From: the human T2T-CHM13v2.0 reference genome, Homo sapiens
Assembly: GCF_009914755.1 (NCBI RefSeq)
Contig: NC_060945.1
DNA: 64,000 nt
Strand: one strand, 5' to 3'
A model generated the notes under the pieces. It did not search any database, had not been told where the DNA came from, and saw only the letters and a list, made by a program, of their open reading frames with translations. Both the position numbers and the translations under genes were made by a program. This document shows, piece by piece, positions 44,365-56,172 of this stretch; the stretch's first letter is position 1; the number at the start of each line of letters is the position of its first letter.

Positions 44365-44630
44365 ACTTTTATTGAGCATTTAATATGTGGCTAAGCACTT
44401 TACATTCATTATCATATTTAATAATGACTTCTTTGAACATAGTATTTAGAGATGTGGAATTCTACAGACACAGAAATTTGGAGTCAAAGAGGTTTACTCA
44501 TTTGCCTGAGATCACACATCTTGATCTGATGATGTGTGAAGATCTTGATCTGAAGATCTTAATCTGAAGAAGTTAGATTTGAACCCACACAAACTGTCTC
44601 CAATAACTATATTCTTAACTATTGGCTGTA
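44365..44630 (-). mobile_element. MIR relic
   Basis: ttattgagcatttaatatgtggctaagcactttaca...tttgcctgagatcacaca...gatttgaaccca. Confidence 0.6.
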
Positions 44631-46794
44631 TGCTAACTGTGGTCTTAATGTAATTCAAAGGATGAGCTGGTCCTGCTCAAAATATAGTTTAATTGCATCT
44701 TAAACATTTCTCCTATATTTAATTGATCTTAAACCTTATAGAAAAATTATTGTCTTTAGTCTCATCTGATCACTATTGGGAAAGAAAACAACTATTTGAT
44801 ACAATGCATCACTAATATAATAATCAACTTTGAGAAAAAATAGATTATTTGTGTGATTAATTAAATCATCATTTTAGCATAAAGTACACTGTTTTGGGGT
44901 AACATCTTAGGTTCTTCAGGTTTTTAAAATAATCCATTTATCAATCATAGATTTCTTAAAATAGTTTCAAAAATTAAGTAATGGAAAGAAACTAAAAACA
45001 ATAGGGCCATAACATTTTTAATTAATATAGGATAATTTTTGCGTAAAGGACATTATCATTACAGCAGAAGTTTATTGTGTGTTCTGCTCATAAACCCTCT
45101 AAATGTGACCTGTCTTTATTAAGAAGTGAACTTAGCAATTAAATTATTTTTATTTGGTATTAATAAAATTTCAAAGATTGCATAAAAAATAGTTGTGTAC
45201 CCAATTATGCAGATTAGTTACAGTCTTTCCATTTTCAGTGAAAGATATTTAAGATTTTCTACAGCTTTCTATTGACATTTTAAATAAGTGCTAGAGTTAA
45301 TATTTTATTTTCCTAATGACCAATGCTAATAGACATTTATAAATGCTTCTTTTAAGTTTGAAGTGATTATGTGTGTGTGTGTGTTTCTGCATCAGAAAAA
45401 TGCTTTATATAGATATATAAACACATACAAATGTAGGTTGAAAACAATATTCTCCAACTTGGTTAATTTTTCAATTGGCAAGAATTACTTAGAACTGCCA
45501 TTTTTAATTCATAGTCTTATTTTTGACACACCAATAGCATGTTATCTAGAGCAGGAAACAAAGGAAATTGTGTTTTTAGTTGTATTACATATCTCTCAAG
45601 GGGCTGCACTCCAAATCGAAATAAAAAATAAAGGGATACTCTTCTTTCCTTGAACAATGCCAAGTAAGTGTGTATAGAACAATCTTTTTCTCACATCTCC
45701 TCTCTGGGATATGTCTACCTGGGTGATTAGTTATTGGGCCATTTCATACTGTTTGGCAAGAACCTGAGGCTCTGACTTTTAACTTTCTTTAATCAGCTAT
45801 TATATGTCAATATAATGTATCATAAATATAATCATCAATATCAATCATCATCAATATAATATAATCACAATGATTAAAATTATACTATAGGTCAGACTGG
45901 TAAACCATAATCCCATCTAGCTATTAATAGAAATGAACTAATTAGAATATAATTTTTCATAGTGAATTCTATGGAGCACTTATTCTGCATGCTCTGTTGG
46001 GGAAATATTCAGTATTTTAACAAGAAAGTTTTCATTGGAGACTTACATCGCATGTTAACATATTTAAGGCTATAAGAAGTCCTACTTTTAAGAGTTTTAA
46101 TAAGTTTATTTCAGGATCTCTTATATTTATGTGAGTACAAATTCTTTTTATCCTTGGAATATCCGGAAGGAACTTAAGGTGTTCCTTGTCTATGAAAATG
46201 CTTAGGTAAACTTTAAGGTAGATCAGCTATCAGCAGCCTAATTATTTTGATTATCTTCATGATTGGGTTGGTTAATTGAATTAAGAATGTGGAGGTGAAA
46301 TACATATTGACTGATCCAAATGTCTTTCAAGATATAGTAAGAAAGACATGTATAGAGGCTGTTCCCTGCTCTTAATCTGCTGTAACTGAATCACACCTTT
46401 AGAGATTTCCACATGGTAAGCAGCAAAATGAGAAAGAAAATATTTTATAGACAAATGCAGAAGATGCGAAATTCTACTTCTCACGATACACAGACATACA
46501 TGTATGTTGTTTGCCTGGCCGCACATGAATAATGTCCACCACAGAAAAATAAACTTGCTTCAGAACCCAATGAGATGACCCCACTTATTAGACAGTATTG
46601 TTCATAGCACAGAATAGCTTTTTAAAAGGTTAAAAATGATAGTATAGTTTTTTGTACAGTTTTTCAGTTGGGAGGTTTTTGCTTCATAGTTAATGAAAAC
46701 AATGATTCTTTAAAAAACTACTGAAAGCAATAAGACGTTGCATCAGAAAAACGCTTTATGACTTAAGAACAGAAAATATAAGATCTTGTATTAC

Positions 46795-46903
46795 CGTATG
46801 ATCCACTGGCAGACAACACTTGTTTCAGAAGGTTTTGGATAATGAGTAGCCTGGAAAGACCCAGATGATCCAGTTAACAAAAATCTTCCATCACAAACTG
46901 TGG
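46795..46903 (-). CDS. TMPRSS15: TMPRSS15 exon ~7 (109 nt, phase 1-2), start of CUB1
   Basis: ttttgcag|CCACAGTT...ATCATACG|gtaata; (A)TVCDGRFLLTGSSGSFQATHYPKPSETSVVCQWII(R). Confidence 0.97.
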
Positions 46904-47104
46904 CTGCAAAACGATGCCAATTAATGTTAGACAAAAACAATCTTGGGATTCAAATTGGCTGCAAAACATTTCACAGAATATTCATGGCAAAACCTGTACA
47001 AGGTTATTTTATGAAACTGAAATGATAGTAAGATTTCATGTTTGAAACCTATTAGCCATGTTCAAATACTCATACACATCCTATCGTGAAATATTTTGGA
47101 AAAA

Positions 47105-47415
47105 TTCTTTCTTTCTCTCTCTCTCTTTCTCTCTTTCTTTCTCCTTCCTTTTCCCTTGCTTCCTTCCTTCCTTCCCTCCCTCCCTCCCTTCCTTCTTTCC
47201 TTCCTTTTCTCTCTTTCTTTCTCTCTCTTTCTCTCTCTCTTTTTCCTTCCTTCCTTCTTTCCTTCCTTTTCTCTTTCTTTCTCTCTCTTTCTCTCTCTCT
47301 TTTTCCTTCCTTCCTTCCTTCCTTCCTTCCTTCCTTCCTTCCTTCCTTCCTTCCTACCTTCTCTCTCTCTCTTTCTTTCTCTTCTTTCTCTTTTTTCCTT
47401 TTTTTTTTTTTTTTT
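47105..47415. repeat. about 310-bp polypyrimidine (TTCC)n/(TC)n tract grown from an Alu tail
   Basis: almost pure C/T from 47105 to 47415; contains an internal 60-bp period duplication. Confidence 0.95.
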
Positions 47416-47690
47416 GAGACAGAGTTTCGCTCTTGTTGCGTGTGCTGGAATGCAACGGCGCGATCTCGGCTCACTGCCTCCTGTGTTCAAGTGATTCTCC
47501 TGCCTCAGCCTCCGGAGTAGCTGGGATTACAGGCGGCGGTCACCACGCCCGGATAATTTTTGTATTTTTAGTAGAGACGGGGTTTCACCATGTTGGCCAG
47601 GCTGGTCTCGATCTCCTGACCATAGGTGATCTGCACTCCTAGGACTCCCAAAATGCTGGGATTACAGGCGTGAGCCACTGCGCCATGCCC
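47400..47690 (-). mobile_element. AluSp/Sq-like element
   Basis: gagacagagtttcgctcttgttgc...tggaatgcaacggcgcgatctcggc...gagccactgcgcc. Confidence 0.9.
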
Positions 47691-49339
47691 AAAAGCATTG
47701 TCTTTCTAAACACCCTTCCCTAAGCTGCACTTTAAGTGTATTCTTCCATATTTGCAAGGAAATAAATATATCTGAATTGAAAACTGCCAGTTCAGACAAA
47801 TAACCAGTCATTTTTTGTCTTATTTTTATAATTAAATTGGAGCTAGGTGAATTTCAAATATATGTACAAAGTGCTATGTTTTCTTGAAAAAGATTAGAAT
47901 AAGGCCAGGAAAATGTTAGTACTAGTGGCCTATACAGAATTCCATCCAACAAATCTGTTAGTCCATCTTTTAAAGCTCATTACTCTTGCTCCTTTGGGAG
48001 ATAACTAGTTCAATGTTTTCTATATTTTCATTCAATACTCCTGATTAAGCCTTTTGCTTTCCATAATTACTCATTTTCCTCTTTTGGTTTTCATAGTAGA
48101 TTTATTTCATGAATCTCTCCTTAATGTCATGCATTATTAGTTGCCTTTAATTTATATCTGAATAGATTCCAACTAGATTAAAATCTTCTTGAAGGCATGA
48201 ACCAGGAGCCATAACTTAGAGATTTTTGTTTTTTTCATACACTTGCTATGTATAGTATATGCAAAAATCCACCTTGATTTTCACAACTTTTAGTCTTTCT
48301 TACATTATTTTCCTTCTAGTTAGTTACTTGGTTATGTTGACACAATATTCTAAAATTATGACCCTTACAATGTGTCTTTTTCTCTGCATAGATTAAAAAT
48401 TCTTCATACGGAGAAACATTAATGGAGGTTAGAAAAATCAAAGTAATATGTCAAAATTAATTTGCTGTGTTTGGAATCTGAGTGTTTAGAATAAGCTAAT
48501 TCTAAACTGAGCTATGAAAAAGCTCATCGTAAAATTATAAAGTGATTCTATCAAATTACATAATACAAGCTATTTTATGACAAAATATTTTATGTATATA
48601 AAATAAATACATTAAAAATTAGATAGCAAATAGAAATCTTGATTAAAATATCATGTGTTTATTGGGTTTTTGCTTTTTTTTGGTATATATATATTTTCAG
48701 GTGCATAAAAATTTACTTTGGTAACTTAAGTTTATTATTCAAAGTCTGCTTAAAAACAATGGCCTAGGAATTAATTCATTAGCTTATGATTTGGTAACCT
48801 GATTTCCAGAAGAAAAAAAGAACGAAAATAAGAAAAGAAAAGATAACAAGTCAAGAAGCAAGGATTAAATTCTGAACAATCCGGCACAGATCACAGGAAA
48901 GAAAGAAAAATAGTGGTTTGTTAACTGAATTGCCTTATGCATAATGATTACTGCAACAAACAAAGAAAATTAAGGCTAATTTGTCATGATTTGAAGATAG
49001 ATAGTAAAATATGTGACTTTTTAATGACTTGCTAAATAATTTTCCAGTTGTAAAAGCAAATCTCTTTTCTCACCTTCAACGCTCTTTTCCACTGTAAACC
49101 ATGCCAAACAAGCAGGGCAATTAATGCCTTACATTCAAAGACCATAAAAACAAAAATGGCATTTGCTTGCATTTTATGTGGTATATAAAGCTTTTAAATC
49201 ACAGTTTGTCGAGAAATAACATGGACTCAAAGATTGTAGACAGTGTAGTAAAGTCTACTGCTATTGTAAAGTTTATATTTGAGTTACAATACTTAGGAAG
49301 CAATGAGGTAGGGTGCTCAATCTTATCAGTGCTAAAATA

Positions 49340-49545
49340 TAACTGCCAACATTTATAGAGTGTTTACTATGTGCCGGTCATTTTCTAAAGTTATTATATA
49401 TGTATGAATGTAATTTGCATAACAACTCTATGATGTTATGGGGGAAACTGAGGCACATATGGGTTAAATAACAACCATAAGGCCTCCTAGCTTACAAGCA
49501 ACAATTTAAAGCAAGGCAGCCTTATTCTAGAGCATACTGTGGTAT
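49340..49545 (-). mobile_element. MIR relic
   Basis: aacatttatagagtgtttactatgtgcc...aacaactctatga...ggaaactgaggcaca. Confidence 0.6.
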
Positions 49546-49974
49546 ATTGCCTAATATCACAATATATATATACATCTATCACTATCGCAATGACATCACC
49601 CACTCTTTGAACTGAAAAGCAGGGGGGAAAGCATAAATAAAAGAAGAAACAGAAAATTTTTTAAAGATTTCCATCTTTTTCAATGTTCTTAAAGTTAGAA
49701 TACAGATCACATTTGCAATAATATTCCAGAACAAATAGGAGGATGCAAAAGAGACACACACAGAGAGAGAAAGGGAACAAAACAAGATCCCTTTAAGCAT
49801 CTGTAAAAACCTGTTTGTAAAGCTGATAAAATTTTAGTCATTTTTCCCACCTGTTCACTACGCATTTTTTTGGGAAAGGTATCAACAGCTTTGCGCTGCA
49901 CAATGTGATTCATGATTTCCAGAAAGCCATGTTACGTCTCTAGTTTCAAAGATGGTTCTATGTTTGACAAACCC

Positions 49975-50320
49975 TCTTTCAGTTCTTTCCTGAGCACATG
50001 ACTAAACTACACTTCCCCAAATCCCTTGGAGTCAGATAAGGTCATGTGACTGAGTTGGCCGATGAACGATTGTAAAAGTCACTGTGTCTATTTCCAAATA
50101 TGGTTTCTGAACATATCTGTAACATTCTTCCTTTGTCAGTCAGCTGGTTGTGAAGGATCCAGTAGAGGACTCTGGGGGCAGAGAGAGTGGCAAGTAAGGA
50201 GCAGGCATCCTGAATGCCTAGAGCACAACCCTTTGCCATCTTTCTTGCACCGTGATATAGGTGATAAATAAACTGTTATTGTTAAGATTGTTTATCATAG
50301 TATTTAGCCTGTCCTAAAGA
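49975..50320 (+). mobile_element. old MLT1-type MaLR LTR
   Basis: actacacttcccc...ggtcatgtgactgagtt...aaataaactgttattgttaag. Confidence 0.6.
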
Positions 50321-52720
50321 ATATGATCAATTTTCCTGTCCAGTATTCTATCATGTTACTAAGTTTTAGTGGGAATGGATACTCCACAGGTCAAATTCTG
50401 CTCTAACGAGGCTCTAGTCAATTCCTGCATTCAAGCAAATATAGAGAATATTCCTAAATGTATTTAAAATAAAATTACAGGAGTATTGAAGTATTTCTAA
50501 TAGCAACGCTCAGAATGCCAAAATATTATCTTCTCAAGACAGAGGCTTGTGTAAGGCACTTTCTTATACATTTTTTTCATTTAATTTCAGGATGTTTCTG
50601 GAGAACCTGATAGTGCAAATGACCATGAATGAAGCAGGATAGGTTTTCAGGAAAAAATATATGACCCAGTTGTGGATGAGTAGGATGACTGGGTGTTTAG
50701 GATTGTGACTTATTAGACTGTGCAGTGCTTTCTAGTGCAGCATCAGAAAAAAAAATCTAAGTAGAACATAAATGAGCCTGTCAAATTATAGCAGCCATTC
50801 GATTGCACTATCAGAAATGTTGCCTGTAATAGGATGGAACACATAAGGGTAAGCACTTAGGACCCACGAAGAACTCCCTCTGCTGGCTGAATATTCACTA
50901 ATTGTGTCTTTGCTCATGGCATTCAAATCTCCAGGATATATAAATCAAACATGATCTATGCTCACCCACCAAGCTGTATTATGCATATACACGTGAGGCA
51001 TACAAACTATGAGAACACTTGCCAACTTCCAAAGAGTTAAGCATTGGCTTAAAGGCTGTGAATCAGCATCTTTCCTTTTCATAGGTCAGCTAAAAAGTGA
51101 ACTTTCCTGCTGATGTAATTCTAATCAGAAGACGAAAACAATTTAAAGAAATCTTGTTTCAGCTATAGTCAGCTGTAAGTGTGCAAACCTAAATAACTAA
51201 AGAGTAAAAGAGGAAGTTGCATGAGGAAGACAATGTTAGTATGACTATCAATAACACAAACCAGAATTAGAGCTCACAGCTGGAGCAAAAAAATAAATAA
51301 ATCAATAAGAGAGAGAGAGAGAGTAAAGGTAAACTTCATATTGGAAAAATTCTCTTAAATTAGTTTTATAAATTTTTCCATGAATATAGATTGATGGACA
51401 GTGGCTTTCAGGTGGAAATAATGCTGCTGGAAGTTTGAGCTGGTGCTGAAAGTCATTAGGCTTGTGGGCTCACCATAATCAATGAATGAAGCAACTTAAA
51501 ATGAATAAAGCAACTTGTACTCTTAAATTCTCTCTGGATAAAAATAGATTCATTGATTGATTTAAACAATATTATCCCACAAATAATTCGAATTTATTTA
51601 CCAAAATAGATATAATACTTACTTAAACAAAAAAAAAAAAAAAAAAGAAAATCAAGAAAATGGAAAGTGACGGTGTGTAAGCTTGAGAGAGTTAGTGACA
51701 TGAAAGGCTGGTCACTACTAAGGTTCAATTAACAAAAAGTCTTCATGTTACTAAAAAGTAACAACGCAGTTTGACTATATTTTTAAAGCAAATTAAGATA
51801 ATTACTTCCATTCTAATACTGAGGCTCATCTCCTGAGTTTAGAGTGGCTCATAAAAATGATTCATAGCATTAAAACTTATTTTAGGACAAATTATCACAC
51901 TTACATGATATTCCTATGGTTCATTTTTATATGCACTGATATTAGTTCATCATGAAAATTATGAACTCCATGAGCATAATAACAAAATAATAGGTACAGT
52001 ACATTTTTCAATTATTTGATTCATATATTTTGGTAGTTATGCCTTTTCCTCTATTTAAGGATATTGATCATCATTATATTGGCTTAAAGCCATGTGTCTA
52101 AGTTGACATACACTATTATTTTTGAAACAGAAATCAGCATCACCTTTGTTACCTCATGATGGCACACTTGCATCATATTCTCCCTGAAAAGATTTTGGAA
52201 AATGCCTGAAAGCCACAGCAAAGCAAGAACATTGCTTTCTTCTTCTTTGAGTAACTTAGTTATATAAAATAGATTAAAAATATTCCGCAGCCTGCACTTT
52301 CTTCCAATATGTTCTGAGTGTACTTCAAAGTCTGTAGTTAAACTTTAAAGGTCTGAATTTTATCCAAGAACATTTGCATCGGGATTGCTTAGTGGAAATC
52401 TCTGTAGTAGAGTTGCCTTTCATTGAGTTGGTACCGGGAAACAGACCAAATGCCTGGCTTTTAAAATGTGTACTAAGTGGATAGGTAGCTTTTAAAACTT
52501 TGGTCGTTATTAGAATATTCATCTTTAATTACTATCAAGCAAGATGAGAAAAGTGTAACAAATAATAGAAAAGTGTAGCAAATAGTAACTATGGTCTTTA
52601 ACACACTTTGGGCACTAACTGTATTTATAGTCAGTTTTAAAACTGATTATAAGCCATACCAAAAAATGTGCAGTTAATACTGTTAAATAAAACAAAATAT
52701 CAGTTAGACTTATCCAAAGT

Positions 52721-53015
52721 CAGCAGTCTCCCCTTATCCACAGGGGATATTTTCTAAGACCTCCAGTGGATGCCTGAACCATGGATAGTACTGACCCCTA
52801 TATCTACTATGTTTTTTCCTATACATACACACCTACCATAGGAGATTAACAGCAATAATCACTAATAAAATAGAACAATTATAACAATACTCAGAATGAT
52901 GTGCAATTTTATACTTATACATTGTTTATTTCTGGAATTTTCCATTTACTGTGTGTCCTGTGGTTGACAGCAGGTAGTTGAAACTGTGGAAACCACTAAT
53001 AAGGGAGAACTACTG
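52721..53015. mobile_element. MER44/Tigger7-type TcMar non-autonomous DNA transposon
   Basis: terminal inverted repeats cagcagtctcccctta ... taagggagaactactg; internal gacctccagtggatgcctgaa. Confidence 0.82.
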
Positions 53016-53755
53016 TAGTTCTATGTGGAAATCTTCTTAAATGTGTTACACACAGAAACAAATTACCTATTTAGATGCTGCTTTCTAGTAAACTTTTCTA
53101 AGTGGAATCCAGCTATGAAATGAAGAAATAAGTAAAAGAGTAAATACGTTTAAATCAACTAGAGCCATGCTTGGTATATGGTAACTGCTACTTAAGTGTC
53201 AAATAGTAATAATAATGGTAAAATAATGTTATTGTCATTAACACTCAAAAAATGCCAAAATATACAAATGAAACACAGAAGTTTTACTTATGAGGCATTA
53301 AGTTCTTATTCATATCTTATTTCTACTATTTATAGAACTACAAGAGGCAAATAAAAGGAACAGTCAAAATTTTAATATGGTGCTCAGTGAGTTAGGTACT
53401 GTTAAAATGTTGAAAGAAAAAGACTGATATGATAGTGAAAAAACATGAAAACCATTAGTAAGAAGTGAGAATGTCTATCACAGAAGTCAAATTAATAATA
53501 GTTTGGATTAGTTTAATATAGAGAAGAGATGAAAATGTAGCAACACCCATCCCCACATTTATGACAGACATTGTTAATCACATCTTCCTTTCTGTAGTGA
53601 TCAAATGGAATTCTGTTTAATTAATTAATATCTTTAATATTATTTATAAAGTTTAGGAAAATATTAATAAAATTATTTTAAGATTTTGTATTATATTTTA
53701 AAAATAGCTATTTAAATAGCTCATTCTTCAGTAGTTTCAGGTATTTGAGATTAGA

Positions 53756-53756
<1 letters not shown>

Positions 53757-53807
<51 letters not shown>
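53757..53807. repeat. (TG)25 microsatellite
   Basis: uninterrupted TG run. Confidence 0.97.
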
Positions 53808-53808
<1 letters not shown>

Positions 53809-53860
53809 TACAGTGAGGGAGGATAAAACAGAAGGGGAGAGAGTAGGGGGGAGAACTTAC

Positions 53861-53992
53861 CACACATTTTATTGTCTTCGTCAGAACCATCTGGACAGTT
53901 TACTTCTCCATCACAAAATAAATCAGCTTTTATACACGTTAGAGCATCAGTACAAGGACTTGAACCAGGCAGGCACTCTATTGAGACATTTC
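53861..53992 (-). CDS. TMPRSS15: TMPRSS15 exon ~6 (132 nt, phase 1-1), LDL-receptor class A repeat 1
   Basis: ttttaaag|GAAATGTC...ATGTGTG|gtaagt; (G)NVSIECLPGSSPCTDALTCIKADLFCDGEVNCPDGSDEDNKMC: 6 Cys and the DGSDE motif. Confidence 0.98.
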
Positions 53993-55859
53993 CTTTAAAA
54001 AATAACTGAAATTAATTTCCAATTGATGAGATATGTACAATGTTTAAATATTTAATAGGCCTTTTTGCCACTGGGGTTCTTACTTATAAGTATGTTCTTC
54101 AACTGCCATAGGAATATTTATTTCATTTGCAAATCAATCATTTGTAAAATTAGAGCATTTTAAATTTTGAAATTTCATGTGGGGCAATTTTGGAAAGCTT
54201 ATCACATCATCTGCAACATCTAGCAGCCACTTCATTTACTCATAAGCTTATTATTTGAAAATATAGTGGCTTAAGTCAAGGTTTCCATTCTGTAGAGTAC
54301 ATTTACCAACCAAAGTCATTTTAAAGTAAGATAAGCACTTAAAATTCCCAGTGCATTGTGACATTGAACAATGAAGAAACCTAATAGCTATTTCTGTTCA
54401 GTATCTCTTTGTTCCTTGGGTCAGAGATTCTTAGGGGGTACACTGTAAACACACCCCTGCGGGGTTTCATGCCATCTTCTGGAGGGTATCCGAAAAACTT
54501 GCACCTCTCAGCCTGACTTGTCCTTCACTTGCCCCACTTTCATAAACTTAAGTCTAGAGATGCACCAAGAAACACATTTTACTTCTAGAAATTAACTTGG
54601 GAAGTTTAAGAGCAATTCTGAAAATAAGCCATATTCTTATATGCCTACAAGATAAAGACTTTTAAAAAAAATTTTTAGGCCAGTGTGGAAATTTGAATAC
54701 TTCTGCCTCTGAATATAACAACAATGATGGTGAAAAGTTTTGGAACTCTTTAACTCATCAGCATTTTTTTTTCTTTTTGGTTGTTGTTCTTAATCTTAAA
54801 GCCAGAACTGTATTGCCATCTGCTGGGTTTTCAAAATATGAAAATCTGAAATTTCTCCTTCTGCTCTATAAAATTAATTGGAAAATAAAAATGCCCATGT
54901 CAATGAATCTACTAAGTTACTTCTTAATTAAAAACTTTTATAGATTTTTGCTGAGTCTACATACAACTAAATTAGACATTTGTAACTGGCTGTAATTAAA
55001 ATGAATATAAACCAATGGGAAATTCATGGAACGCCCAACATCTAAAATTATAGGACAGAGTAAAGATCAAAGCCATTCTCAAATGATAGAGTACTCCCAT
55101 GTAGGAGAATAATAAATAATAATAAAAATATTATTTAATAAACTCAAATGCATATATTTGTTGATATTTAAGAGCTATTCATCAAAAGTCCTTAACCATT
55201 GAGTTATTAATCCAGAAAACACATATTTCATAGAATCTCATACATGCTTTATAAATAAATAAACCAAATAAAGCACTATACTTAAAACTGTGTCTTATTT
55301 TACAAGTAGCTAATAGAATTCCAAGTATTCAGCATTTCAAAGATGAATTTGGGATACAGCTAGGAACATATATCACTTTGGCTGTCCTAATGCTTCTCAT
55401 GGGAGCTCCACTTCCTGATGTATCACATCTCTGTTCAGTATCTGTTGAACTCTTGATTAGACCCCAAAACCACACCAGCAAGTCATACCACTTGGACTTG
55501 ACTGATCTCATGATTAATCATTTATTGACCCCACAAGTATTTATTTTGTACACATTTTTGTCATGGAATTTTAAGAGACAGAGATAAAAGAATGAGTAAG
55601 GCAGAGCCTCTCTCTTTTTATGAAGCTTCAAGTTAAGTGGGGGGAAATTGTTTATGTACAAATTATATTTTAAAGAGAGATTTAAAAAGTGCTATGGGGG
55701 CATCAAAGTTTAAGCAATTAGTTTCCTTCTAAGGCAAGAATTAAAGACATTTTTACAGAAATGGTCATATTTCAATTAGTTTTTGATGTACACCTAGAAA
55801 GGCACCAGGAGGAGAGAGATATGGAATGTATTTAGTGATGTGTGAAGAGTACATCAATA

Positions 55860-56172
<313 letters not shown>

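Noticed and set aside
47058-47520. Five overlapping 119-144-aa ORFs on both strands
   Set aside because: Artefacts of the stop-free (TTCC)n/(TC)n tract and the adjacent Alu
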